Assembly (NCBI GenBank): GCA_029945195.1
Contig: GCA_029945195.1_4117.1
Strand: one strand, 5' to 3'
DNA length: 64,000 nucleotides
Origin: a phage
Part shown: positions 10,494 to 19,467 of the stretch, piece by piece
Layout: each line of letters opens with the position of its first letter
How positions within the stretch are numbered: position 1 is the stretch's first letter
Position numbers and translations under genes: made by a program
Notes under the pieces: generated by a model
The model's input: only the letters and a program-made list of their open reading frames with translations
Database searches by the model: none
Told to the model about the DNA's origin: nothing

Positions 10494-11030
10494 ATGATGG
10501 TTTTAACATTGTCAGTACTCGGATCTATTGATGGTGAAGATAGTTCTCTTAGTGATTCTGTGATTGCATCATTCGGAACTAATAAAAACAGTTCTTTTAT
10601 TATATCTGGATGGACTGGAATGACTGATTCTGAAAATAATGTTAAGATAAAAGCTAAAGCTACTAACGAGAATCATGAAACAGAATGGGTAACATTATAT
10701 GATAGTGCAAGTAATAAGTTATATAATGTATTAAGTTCTAATAATATTTTAATTAATCCACTGTCGGGCAATGCTGTTTTTAATATTAATTTATCTGATA
10801 GAAATACTACTATTTCGATTGGTGCGGCTCCTACTGAAGTTTATTCAATTACCATCCTATTAACACAACAAACAGGTTCAAACCTAGTTAATTGGGGTTC
10901 TAATGTTAAATGGTCATATAACAGACCAGTTGTTCTTTCTTATGAAATTGGTGAAAAAGATATTATTTCATTAGAAACATATGATAAAGGAGTTACATGG
11001 TACGGTGCATTAATTAGAGCAGGAGTATGA
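10494..11030 (+). CDS. Hypothetical protein; possibly the 3' part of a frameshifted gene beginning at ATG 10402
   Basis: A 43-codon ORF with a good SD (AAGGA) starts at 10402 and ends at 10531, overlapping this +1-frame ORF, which has no obvious RBS of its own. Confidence 0.4.
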   Translation: MMVLTLSVLGSIDGEDSSLSDSVIASFGTNKNSSFIISGWTGMTDSENNVKIKAKATNENHETEWVTLYDSASNKLYNVLSSNNILINPLSGNAVFNINLSDRNTTISIGAAPTEVYSITILLTQQTGSNLVNWGSNVKWSYNRPVVLSYEIGEKDIISLETYDKGVTWYGALIRAGV

Positions 11031-11031
11031 T

Positions 11032-13821
11032 ATGTTAAACAATAATATTGATAATATTGTACAACTTCTTTATGGGCATCACAAATTTATTGAAAGAAAT
11101 ACTGGTGATACAATAGACCCAACAGTACAACATTATGTGGTGAATAATCAGGGTGTTTTGGCGAACAACCGTCATTTTATTAACTATTCTGCAATGGAAG
11201 GTCAACCAAACGGTGACGGGACAACAGAAGGTCAAAGTCTATTAATTTTAGGATACATTTATGCGTATCTGGCAACAAATGATCCAATGTTTTTAGATAA
11301 GGCAAAGTGGTACTGGGACGCATATCATCAGTACTTTTATGCTGGGCGTGAATTACCAGACCCACCAACCCCACTGCAATGTAACTGGATAGTTAATGCC
11401 AAAGAACCGATTTTGGCTAACTGGCCTTTAGCTGATGATGGATGGCCTACACATGGTGGTTTCAAGGGTGTAGAATTTACATTTACAAATGGACAATGTA
11501 AAATACCACATGGTGCACCTTATTATGGTCAGTTCTTGGATAAAGTAACATTTGCATTCAAAGGTGCTTTAGCATGGAACCAAATAAATGCGTCAGTAAA
11601 AGCATTATTACCAGATGGTAGTGTTGATTGGGATACACCAGGTGAACAATATGATGTTGACTGGATTATCGATTTCATGGGTAGAAAAATCGACTGGGAT
11701 GGTAATATTTTAGCAGAAGGTTTTGACGAATCTGAAAAAGGAACTGTTCAATTAAAGAATACAACAATTAATGGTGTATATAAATTAAATTTTGCAAATC
11801 GTCAACCAGTAGAATATGGTGGTGTGATAATTCAACGAAATGAAATGCAACACAACCGCCCTCTTCATGTTCCAATTGATTTGGAATTTGCTGATAACGC
11901 ATCAGATGCAGAATTATGGTTTAGTGATGCTTCTTATTTGTTATATAAAATAACAAAAGAAAGAAAACATTATTTGGGTTGGAAATGTTCACTACTAACG
12001 TGTTATGCTTATGGTGATATTGACTCCAGAGATAAATTTTTCAGACAAAGTACAATTGTAACCACACCATTCACTGATGGTATTTCCTATGAATATTTTT
12101 ATCCTAGTGATGCTATTGCTAAGTTTGGTAGAAATTCTCTAGGATATATTACTATCAGGCAAGACCAAAGTGCACAAAGTACTATGGAACAACAAGCTAT
12201 TTGGTTCAGGGTCAATGCTGATTCTAAATTACTTGTAGACTATGGTGGTGTATGTGATGATGGTAAGCCGTTATCATTTAAACCAGTACTGGAATTGTCA
12301 AAAACAAAAAATGACCATGATGTTGTTCGTTATCGTTGTGGCTTACCGGAAAGTAAAGACCAAAATATCACACATTCATTAACACCTTTAAGTGCATTTG
12401 TTAGAGAAAAGAAAGCAGATGGTTCCCCTTATATAATTGCTGATAGTAGAATTGTTGTTCCTTATGGTGCAGCTACGTCCGAAATGATATATAGTACTGA
12501 TATATTAGTTACACGCCGCGATACCATTAATCAGTTAGTTTGTGGTGAAGATGATGGTGCTGTTATTGGATTTTGGCTATTAGCAACAAATAAGTCTGAA
12601 GTTAAATCTTTTACCTATCGTTCATATGAAGATGATTACAATATAAGAATTGTAGATGATAATGGTTGGAGATGGTGGTGGATGATTCCTGCAACACACG
12701 GGGAATGGACTACAATCACACTAAGTTCAGATACATTACGTTTATCTGGGTATCAGCCAAATCATCCAAGTTCTGACCCAAGACCATATGCACCAGTTTA
12801 TAGTGAACTAGAAGATATTACTATTTTACCTGATACAACCCCAGTAGATGGTGTTGCTGCAATAATTGATTGGTATTGTATTAATGACATTCCAGAATTA
12901 TACACGGATGCTGACGGTGATGACTATACTATGACATTTTCAATAACAATTGCAGGTGAATCACCATATACTGCACAGTTAGGGGATTGTGTAATCAAAG
13001 ATTATTTGTTAAACTCATTGCATTACACACCAGGAACAATACCATTTTCTAACATCACTGACCCGTATGCGAATCAGTATTCAGGATGGCGTGGTTTACC
13101 GTATCCAGGTTATCAATATCCTGTGATATATTGTTTTAAAGATCAGCCAGTAGATAACACACGCTTAGGAAACATGTTAAGCTTTATGAAAGATTCCCAA
13201 ACATGGTTTACTCAACAATTCGGTACTGTTGGTCCGTGTGCACAAGCATATGTTTGGAACCGCTGGGATAACTTAAAATATGGTGAACCAGATACATTTA
13301 CTATGCTACATTGGGGTGATCAAGCATGGAGTGGGTATGAACCACGTGCGTTCTTTGGGGCTGCCAGAGCATGGCAAGAACTCGCAGAGAGAGGAATTGA
13401 ACCACCAGCAGATCTTGTTGAATTTTGTGAGAATTGGATTCACTTTTTAATTCAATTTCAAAAAGATAATGATGGTCGTTCACCAACAATCTTCAATAAA
13501 GATGGCACAGTTGAAGGTCCAGATTGGGACTTTACAGGTCATATGTGTGGGTTGTGGTTAGCTGGGGCTTGTGCTGCTGGATTGGCTGGATGTAAAATAG
13601 AAGGTCTAACAACACTCGCTGATAACTTAGTTCTCGAACTTCAAAAGAATTATGTTATTGTAAATCCAGGTTCACCAATGAATGGTTCATGGAGTCCAGC
13701 AGTTAGAGAAGGTACTGATAATGGTATGTTTTTTGGTTTCTGGGCAGGTGAGATTATGCGTGGATTGGGATTATACTCAATGTACCGCTTAAACACACCA
13801 AATCGTTTCCGTGATTTATAA
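11032..13821 (+). CDS. Large hypothetical protein (929 aa)
   Basis: AGGAG SD, ATG start, long uninterrupted ORF; Trp-rich segments; function not recognised. Confidence 0.7.
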   Translation: MLNNNIDNIVQLLYGHHKFIERNTGDTIDPTVQHYVVNNQGVLANNRHFINYSAMEGQPNGDGTTEGQSLLILGYIYAYLATNDPMFLDKAKWYWDAYHQYFYAGRELPDPPTPLQCNWIVNAKEPILANWPLADDGWPTHGGFKGVEFTFTNGQCKIPHGAPYYGQFLDKVTFAFKGALAWNQINASVKALLPDGSVDWDTPGEQYDVDWIIDFMGRKIDWDGNILAEGFDESEKGTVQLKNTTINGVYKLNFANRQPVEYGGVIIQRNEMQHNRPLHVPIDLEFADNASDAELWFSDASYLLYKITKERKHYLGWKCSLLTCYAYGDIDSRDKFFRQSTIVTTPFTDGISYEYFYPSDAIAKFGRNSLGYITIRQDQSAQSTMEQQAIWFRVNADSKLLVDYGGVCDDGKPLSFKPVLELSKTKNDHDVVRYRCGLPESKDQNITHSLTPLSAFVREKKADGSPYIIADSRIVVPYGAATSEMIYSTDILVTRRDTINQLVCGEDDGAVIGFWLLATNKSEVKSFTYRSYEDDYNIRIVDDNGWRWWWMIPATHGEWTTITLSSDTLRLSGYQPNHPSSDPRPYAPVYSELEDITILPDTTPVDGVAAIIDWYCINDIPELYTDADGDDYTMTFSITIAGESPYTAQLGDCVIKDYLLNSLHYTPGTIPFSNITDPYANQYSGWRGLPYPGYQYPVIYCFKDQPVDNTRLGNMLSFMKDSQTWFTQQFGTVGPCAQAYVWNRWDNLKYGEPDTFTMLHWGDQAWSGYEPRAFFGAARAWQELAERGIEPPADLVEFCENWIHFLIQFQKDNDGRSPTIFNKDGTVEGPDWDFTGHMCGLWLAGACAAGLAGCKIEGLTTLADNLVLELQKNYVIVNPGSPMNGSWSPAVREGTDNGMFFGFWAGEIMRGLGLYSMYRLNTPNRFRDL

Positions 13822-13822
13822 C

Positions 13823-13851
13823 TTGACATAGAAAAAGTAATTATGTATAAT
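13823..13851 (+). promoter_or_regulatory. Sigma70-like promoter (TTGACA, 17-nt spacer, TG-n-TATAAT)
   Basis: Perfect -35 and -10 hexamers with extended -10 TG. Confidence 0.5.
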
Positions 13852-13852
13852 C

Positions 13853-13883
13853 AGAGAACTTCATATGGAGTTCTCTTTTTTTA
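13853..13883 (+). terminator. Rho-independent terminator hairpin
   Basis: 8-bp stem AGAGAACT/AGTTCTCT followed by a T7 run. Confidence 0.6.
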
Positions 13884-13895
13884 TAAGGTGATAAA

Positions 13896-14315
13896 ATGTT
13901 AAATGAACGTATTAAAAATGCACTACATGTATTGAACCAAGAAGTAAATTCTATTGATAAAAGTACTGACCGTTATAAAGTAATGCATGAAATCAAACAA
14001 GAATTGGAATCTATTAATAAGGGAGAATGGTGGTATCTTCAGCCCGAATATCAAACTCGTGAATTAAACGATGTTGAAAAAGAAATTGTCAAATTCATCA
14101 CTACTCGTTACTGTGATACATCAGAGAATGAGGTATCAGCGAACTTCAATCTTACTAAATTGGAAGTCGAAGAAAAATTCAATTTTGATTGGCTTGATTG
14201 GATTGAAATGGTCATGGAACTAGAAGAAAAATTCAATGTTGAAGTTGATGAAAAGTTCGAGAATAATGAAACGAAGCTGTATGAACTAGTAGAACATATT
14301 CAAAAAATGTTGTAA
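13896..14315 (+). CDS. Acidic protein with acyl-carrier-protein-like C-terminal region
   Basis: C-terminal DWLDWIEMVMELEEKFNVEVDEKFE resembles the ACP helix II region, but the DSL serine position holds Trp. Confidence 0.35.
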   Translation: MLNERIKNALHVLNQEVNSIDKSTDRYKVMHEIKQELESINKGEWWYLQPEYQTRELNDVEKEIVKFITTRYCDTSENEVSANFNLTKLEVEEKFNFDWLDWIEMVMELEEKFNVEVDEKFENNETKLYELVEHIQKML

Positions 14316-14368
14316 AACTATACAATTGTATACTCTAAATAATATCATCAACTATAGGAGATATTATT

Positions 14369-14743
14369 ATGAGTATGTTAGAAATAATTGTTTCAAAAAT
14401 TCTTATTCCATTTTGGAAACCAATTTCTTTTGTATTATTAATTGGCGGTTCAGCTTATGCTGGTTGGGAAGCTAATACTTATTACAGTGGATATCAACAA
14501 AGCATAGAGCAACAAATAGCTAAAAAAGTTGATACCGCCTTGGATAAAATGCAACAAGAAAATGCAAAAAATTACCTTGAAACTAAAAAAATCATGGAAG
14601 ATAATGCTAAAGTTATTGAAACAAAGGTTCCTTTTATTGTAGAACGTGAAGTTTATAAGAATGTATGTTTAGATGAAGATGGTGTAAAAGTACTGAATGA
14701 ACTAAAACAAAATTCTCAAGCAGCGAGGAATAAATTCAAATGA
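14369..14743 (+). CDS. Inner-membrane spanin (Rz-like)
   Basis: N-terminal TM segment (ILIPFWKPISFVLLIGGSAYAGW), then a charged helical region; its end overlaps the next gene. Confidence 0.55.
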   Translation: MSMLEIIVSKILIPFWKPISFVLLIGGSAYAGWEANTYYSGYQQSIEQQIAKKVDTALDKMQQENAKNYLETKKIMEDNAKVIETKVPFIVEREVYKNVCLDEDGVKVLNELKQNSQAARNKFK

Positions 14744-15048
14744 AAAAATTATTAGTTCCAATGATTTCTTTTTTAATTATAAGTGGGTGTGCCGAGCAAG
14801 TAAAACTACAATCCCCCGCACCAATTAAACAAGAAATTCTGTTAGAAAGATGTGATGATGATACACCTCTACCACAAAAAATTATGATTGACAAAAATGG
14901 TTTTAAAGGTTATGATGGTGCAGAAATTCTTAAAGTACTTACTCGTTGGGATGCAGTCTACAATGAATGTGCTTTAAAACACGACGCATTGATTAAAACT
15001 ATTCGTGATTTACAAGGTAAAGATATTAAAATCAATATCAAGGAATAA
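14740..15048 (+). CDS. Outer-membrane lipoprotein spanin (Rz1-like)
   Basis: Signal peptide with lipobox MKKLLVPMISFLIISGC; small size; start overlaps the upstream gene end. Confidence 0.55.
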   Translation: MKKLLVPMISFLIISGCAEQVKLQSPAPIKQEILLERCDDDTPLPQKIMIDKNGFKGYDGAEILKVLTRWDAVYNECALKHDALIKTIRDLQGKDIKINIKE

Positions 15049-15049
15049 A

Positions 15050-15661
15050 ATGAACAAATATCATGTTTACTATACGACAAAATTATCACTTCTTGACGAA
15101 TTAAATCAACGAAGTACTAAGATGAAACGCTACACTTTAAATGGTATTACTTTTCGATATTTCCCACAAAAAGTTCTTACTTTTGTTAAGAATCCAAAAT
15201 GCGTGGCATGTGGGATTGAAGCTACTGAAGTACGCATTGAACGTTCATTATGTTCTGATCCAGTATATGGTAAACCACATTTAAATGTATATGCTGTATG
15301 TGGTCTTTATGAAGTTTTAATGACAGTTGACCATAATCATCTGGCATCTAAGGGTGGACCTGATTTAGAGTCAAACTTTAATACTATGTGCTCCAGATGT
15401 AATCAACTACGTTCGAATAAAACTGAAACAGTTGATGAGTTTCTTGAGAAAGTTAAAGGTCGTAATCTTCTCCAAGAACATATGAATAATTTCTTTAATG
15501 TACAAAAAAAGAAAAATAACATTGACAAGTCGAAACTACTAGAAGAACGTAGGTTACGTCAAGAATTATGGGAAACCGATCATCTATGGCATGTTCGAGA
15601 GTTTGGTCGTCATATGAAAGCTTTGAAAAAAGAACAGAAGAAATTGAATAAACATGATTGA
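15050..15661 (+). CDS. HNH homing endonuclease
   Basis: CxxC zinc-finger pair and HNH core (VDHNHLASKGG...N...CSRCNQL); ATG at 15050 preceded by AAGGA; the track start at 15005 overlaps the upstream gene. Confidence 0.7.
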   Translation: MNKYHVYYTTKLSLLDELNQRSTKMKRYTLNGITFRYFPQKVLTFVKNPKCVACGIEATEVRIERSLCSDPVYGKPHLNVYAVCGLYEVLMTVDHNHLASKGGPDLESNFNTMCSRCNQLRSNKTETVDEFLEKVKGRNLLQEHMNNFFNVQKKKNNIDKSKLLEERRLRQELWETDHLWHVREFGRHMKALKKEQKKLNKHD

Positions 15662-15674
15662 TATGATATTATAG

Positions 15675-15702
15675 GGACTTGAGTATTCAAGTCCTTTTTT
15701 TT
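15675..15702 (+). terminator. Rho-independent terminator
   Basis: Stem GGACTTGA/TCAAGTCC followed by a T8 run. Confidence 0.6.
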
Positions 15703-15713
15703 GGAGAAAATAA

Positions 15714-16070
15714 ATGAAATCTAAAATCTTTTTACCACAATTAATGTGGCATCTAGCAGAGTTAGATGAAAATGATGAATATACTGACTATGGTGCATGG
15801 GATGACAGTACTGAAACTTTTAAACCAGATGTAAAATATAAAATCATCTGCAATGAAAGCAAAGGGCACAGAAGGTGGACTGAAGAATTTGATCTCGTAT
15901 TTCTTGACATGAGCACAAATAAGTTTTATCATTGTACTTATGAACGAGGTTTAACAGAAGATAGACCAGTACAACCATTCAGTACTGAAACTGATGGTGT
16001 TAAGTGCAATGAAGTTTCTGTTACCAGAGAAGAAATTATCACTTATCGAACTTTGTGGAAATATTTGTAA
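15714..16070 (+). CDS. Hypothetical protein
   Basis: GGAG SD, ATG start. Confidence 0.55.
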   Translation: MKSKIFLPQLMWHLAELDENDEYTDYGAWDDSTETFKPDVKYKIICNESKGHRRWTEEFDLVFLDMSTNKFYHCTYERGLTEDRPVQPFSTETDGVKCNEVSVTREEIITYRTLWKYL

Positions 16071-16071
16071 A

Positions 16072-16470
16072 ATGCTTAAAGAATTAGATTTTTCAAACTT
16101 AGAAATTATCAGTGCTGTAAAAAACATTTCCGATATGGGAGATGAGAAAGCAGTTCTTGTTACTATTACTTTTGTAAAAGAAAAAGATAGCTATAGCCAT
16201 TTAACTGGCATTGAAGAACTAATTCATAAAACCAATCTTGAGAATGATGGTAAACTCATCAAGCTTCAGGCTTCCTATACGCAAAAAACGTCAAATTTTA
16301 TAGACCTAAATAATGTAGTCAAGGTGGTATACAATCATCCTGAACACACATATAGGAACACGACAAGAAATGAAAATGTTGCTAACGATTCGAATATTAT
16401 CGAAGATGTTGAATTCATAAACACAATTTTTGATCGTTGTTCTAAGGATTTAAAAAAAGTATACATGTAA
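16072..16470 (+). CDS. Hypothetical protein
   Basis: ATG 2 nt after upstream stop; the track start at 15994 overlaps the upstream gene. Confidence 0.5.
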   Translation: MLKELDFSNLEIISAVKNISDMGDEKAVLVTITFVKEKDSYSHLTGIEELIHKTNLENDGKLIKLQASYTQKTSNFIDLNNVVKVVYNHPEHTYRNTTRNENVANDSNIIEDVEFINTIFDRCSKDLKKVYM

Positions 16471-16490
16471 TGGGACATTATATGTTCCAA

Positions 16491-16499
16491 TGATATAAT
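16491..16499 (+). promoter_or_regulatory. Extended -10 promoter element TGATATAAT
   Basis: Same 9-mer recurs at 27590, 31191, 43534 and 46603 in intergenic positions. Confidence 0.4.
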
Positions 16500-16770
16500 G
16501 TATATAGAAAATGACAACGGACATTGAAAAATGGACACTGAGAACCTACTTCTCTTGAAAATGTAAAGGATAGATGAGCTTTACCGTTGTAGCGAACAGC
16601 AGAAGAAACCTGTTAGAGTACTGGCATTCAAACAAACACGATGTAAGACCACGAATCACGGCGACACGGCTGTATAAAGAACTCCGATAAGCATACAGAG
16701 AGTTCCTAGATAGATGTATAAGGTTCGCACCTTACCAGATTTGCTAAGGGAGTTCAAGGATAGCGGACGC

Positions 16771-16806
16771 AATTTTTACAAGAAAGTTGCGTCCAAAATT
16801 TGAGAA
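16771..16806 (+). repeat. Direct repeat copy A (AATTTTTACAAGAAAGTTGCGTCCAAAATTTGAGAA)
   Basis: About 85% identical to copy B; the flanking GGACGCAA...TTGCGTCC is a perfect 8-bp inverted repeat. Confidence 0.6.
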
Positions 16807-16920
16807 CAAGTACTACTTTGATCGAATAGAGTTAGTACTGAGTGCTGTTGATGAAAAGACCAGCGACCGTTGCATATGACTGCGATAGAGAGAAACCGAG
16901 CAACCCGCTTTCGCTCTCTA

Positions 16921-16958
16921 AATTTTGGTACAAGAAAGATCCGTCCAAAATTTGAGAA
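16921..16958 (+). repeat. Direct repeat copy B (AATTTTGGTACAAGAAAGATCCGTCCAAAATTTGAGAA)
   Basis: Second copy about 150 nt downstream; can pair as AAATTTTGG...CCAAAATTT. Confidence 0.6.
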
Positions 16959-16995
16959 ATTCGCAATTCGATAATATCCGATGCCATCATCGTCA

Positions 16996-17020
16996 AGAGA
17001 GACTTAATTGTCTCTTTTTT
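16996..17020 (+). terminator. Rho-independent terminator
   Basis: Stem AGAGAC/GTCTCT with loop TTAATT, then T6. Confidence 0.55.
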
Positions 17021-17160
17021 ATTACCTTCATTCCCCTGCGGGGGGATGTAATAGTCCTCAACAAATCCCGTCAAGTTTTTAAAGTACATTATCATTTTCA
17101 GAAGGAACTAGTTTACGAAGTAAACGCAGTGACTTCTTGAGTTACGAGAGAACGAAGTGA

Positions 17161-17589
17161 ATGAGTAACACAACGAAAATATCCGATAAATCCGAATTAA
17201 CACAAATGTTATTCAAAGAATATTTTGAGTTTCAGATAAAAGACGAACATCAATTACCACAGCAATATTTGAAAAGAATTAAAGATCCGTCAGTAATTAC
17301 TAAAGAAACTAATTTTTATAATAGTATTTTGGATTTCGTTAAATCAGTTCATACAACAAGACCTATTGTAGTTTTGTTTTTTGATAAATCTATTCCTTTA
17401 GTAGTTCCTGAAAATGTATTTTTTATTTCAGAAACTGATTTAAATAATCAAAGTACTGTAAGTAGATTAAGAAATTGCTTACTTGTAGTATGTGATTCTT
17501 CTTTGTATAATAACAGAATACTATGGGATAGAAGTAAACGCAATGCAGTTTCTGAAATGAATCCTGAAATTACCTTTATTATTAACTAA
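17161..17589 (+). CDS. Hypothetical protein
   Basis: ATG-initiated ORF in the gene array. Confidence 0.5.
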   Translation: MSNTTKISDKSELTQMLFKEYFEFQIKDEHQLPQQYLKRIKDPSVITKETNFYNSILDFVKSVHTTRPIVVLFFDKSIPLVVPENVFFISETDLNNQSTVSRLRNCLLVVCDSSLYNNRILWDRSKRNAVSEMNPEITFIIN

Positions 17590-17621
17590 ATAATAAGAGA
17601 ATAACTCTAAGGAGAGATATT

Positions 17622-18062
17622 ATGGAAGATATTAATGATTTACGACACGTAATGGACTTTATCGGAAGTACTGAAGAAGATAATTCGTATGATGAAGTAC
17701 TATTAACTTTTATTGAAAATAGTTTGTTTTTAAGTTCTGCTGCACATAACTGGCACTTACAATGTCATTTTTATACAAAGCATTTACAATTAGATGAACT
17801 ATATAAAGAATTACCAGAATATGTAGACGCATTTGTTGAAGGTATCATGAATAATCGTGGTGCTTTACAAGTTGGAACTGGTAATAGTTATCGTTTTACA
17901 CCAATTGAAGATTGTGTACCAATTCTTGAAGAATATGTTGAGCAATGTAGAGCAATTCATGATATGCTTGAAGAATCAGGTGATTACGGCAGTGTAAACA
18001 CATTAGAAGATATTATGAGTTTTGTTGAAGGAACACTTTACAAACTTAAAGTTTTACAATAA
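17622..18062 (+). CDS. Ferritin-like / Dps-like protein (putative)
   Basis: AAHNWHLQCHFYTKHLQLDELYKEL...EGIMNNRGAL parallels the Dps AHWNMRG...HEMLD...ERAVQLGG core; strong SD. Confidence 0.4.
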   Translation: MEDINDLRHVMDFIGSTEEDNSYDEVLLTFIENSLFLSSAAHNWHLQCHFYTKHLQLDELYKELPEYVDAFVEGIMNNRGALQVGTGNSYRFTPIEDCVPILEEYVEQCRAIHDMLEESGDYGSVNTLEDIMSFVEGTLYKLKVLQ

Positions 18063-18069
18063 AATATAT

Positions 18070-18099
18070 GGAGAGTCATTGTGACTCTCCTTTTCTTTT
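18070..18099 (+). terminator. Rho-independent terminator
   Basis: 9-bp stem GGAGAGTCA/TGACTCTCC then TTTTCTTTT. Confidence 0.6.
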
Positions 18100-18110
18100 G
18101 GAGAAATAAA

Positions 18111-18728
18111 ATGAAATCTCATGATTTAGCAAAATTACTACTATCTCAACCAAATCTAGAAATTTATCATTATGATGCAGAGAGTGACTTGCATTATCAG
18201 AATTTTGATAATAAATTAATGGTCACCCCATCTGGCATTTTCACAACGGTAAAACCCACATCAGTTTCTGAAAATGTACTTACACCATACGAAACCCCGC
18301 TCTTGGGTCATGTACAAATTTTCTTTAAGGATGGTACTATTACTCCAAAATTGGAGGGTTCATCTATTCAAACTGTTCTTAACTTAGAATCTGGGTTGAT
18401 ATTTAACATTCCTTATGAAAAGCCAATTGTTTTATTAGGTAAAAATCAATCAGCACCATCAGGGAATCAAAATGCTGTTTGGTATACACCCGATGATATT
18501 GATTTCATTTCAGTACTGACAGAATATGATCCTAATACTTGGCATGAAACATGGGAAAATATGTCATATGATGAAGCAATTGAATGTGGTAAAAATTTAG
18601 CCAAAATGTTATTTCCACAAAAAGAAGAACTTTCACAAGAACAAATTGATTCATTTTCTAAAGATTTTCCTGATTCTGAATTCAATGTAAAAGTATCACC
18701 TTCTATGATTGATAAAATTGAAAAATAA
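18111..18728 (+). CDS. Hypothetical protein, family C paralog
   Basis: ATG at 18111 with GGAG SD (the track start is a GTG inside the terminator hairpin); N-terminus MKSHDLAKLLLSQPNLEIYH parallels the 19464 product. Confidence 0.6.
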   Translation: MKSHDLAKLLLSQPNLEIYHYDAESDLHYQNFDNKLMVTPSGIFTTVKPTSVSENVLTPYETPLLGHVQIFFKDGTITPKLEGSSIQTVLNLESGLIFNIPYEKPIVLLGKNQSAPSGNQNAVWYTPDDIDFISVLTEYDPNTWHETWENMSYDEAIECGKNLAKMLFPQKEELSQEQIDSFSKDFPDSEFNVKVSPSMIDKIEK

Positions 18729-18740
18729 AAGAGGTTGAAC

Positions 18741-19094
18741 ATGAGTGATTACCGCGTAACATCTGGACTAATGGCCCGTCTTATTGAAGCAGTTCCTGAA
18801 GATGATTATGAAGCTATTTCAGATCGTCTTTTTGACGCAGATTCTAAACTCCATATTACATATGATGGTGCATTGATTTACAGTACTGATATTGATATGT
18901 CTAGTTATGAATTTGAGATTTCTTTTGGTAACAAACTAACTACTGAAGAATTCGCTCAAAAATGTGAGCGTGAAGGGTTGTGTATTGATATTAGTTCAGT
19001 TCAGCCATATACATCACTGTGGTATGATGGTGCTGATAGTCCAATGTCTACTACATCTTTACAGGATTTTCTAAATGCAAATCAAAAAGATTAA
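18741..19094 (+). CDS. Hypothetical protein
   Basis: ATG at 18741 with AGAGG SD. Confidence 0.5.
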   Translation: MSDYRVTSGLMARLIEAVPEDDYEAISDRLFDADSKLHITYDGALIYSTDIDMSSYEFEISFGNKLTTEEFAQKCEREGLCIDISSVQPYTSLWYDGADSPMSTTSLQDFLNANQKD

Positions 19095-19467
19095 ATTCCA
19101 CCAGCATTGTTCTATACATGAATGTGATGATTGTGGTATGAACATGAGTGACATTTATACAGTTTCCTGTAAAGGATTCAAATTCACTCACGGTGAACCT
19201 GCATATTGTTATGGCACAGAAGAAGGTGATATCGAAGTAGTACTGAAAGAATTGTTCCAGTACTTGCAAAGTGTAGGTCATGATGTTACAATACCCACAT
19301 ATTATGAAGATGATTATGATGCACATGTAGAAGAAAATACATATTATAATCAATTCGTTTATGGTAATGGTTTTATCACATACCTACATGAGAATGGTAT
19401 TGAGGTAAAAACTAAGTACACCAGTGATGATTATGATGATGATAATTCTATGGAGATTGTAGATTGA
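19075..19467 (+). CDS. Hypothetical protein (start uncertain; Cys/His-rich N-terminus)
   Basis: ORF overlaps neighbours at both ends; alternative start at ATG 19138. Confidence 0.4.
   Translation: MQIKKIKFHQHCSIHECDDCGMNMSDIYTVSCKGFKFTHGEPAYCYGTEEGDIEVVLKELFQYLQSVGHDVTIPTYYEDDYDAHVEENTYYNQFVYGNGFITYLHENGIEVKTKYTSDDYDDDNSMEIVD

Larger units (their letters stand above)
16500..17020 (+). ncRNA. Candidate non-coding RNA locus between a promoter element and a terminator (ORF-poor, G/C-enriched, repeat-containing)
   Basis: About 0.5 kb with no ORF longer than about 40 codons, more G/C than the flanks, two ~36-nt direct repeats each forming a hairpin, and a closing terminator. Confidence 0.3.

Noticed and set aside
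10340-10531. Track start at 10340 for the small ORF
   Set aside because: It begins inside a 9-bp perfect hairpin with no RBS; ATG 10402 with AAGGA is the plausible start.
16832-17140. Track ORFs 16832..17095 (-) and 16925..17140 (+) in the ORF-poor locus
   Set aside because: They overlap each other on opposite strands, have no RBS, and span the terminator and repeat hairpins. The nucleotide-level repeat conservation argues for an RNA/DNA element rather than these proteins.
16471-17160. tRNA, tmRNA or group I intron in the ORF-poor locus
   Set aside because: No cloverleaf with a GTTCRANYC T-loop and matching acceptor stem was found, and nothing resembled a group I intron core. The flanking ORFs do not look like exons of one gene. 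Formal tRNA and covariance scans were not run.
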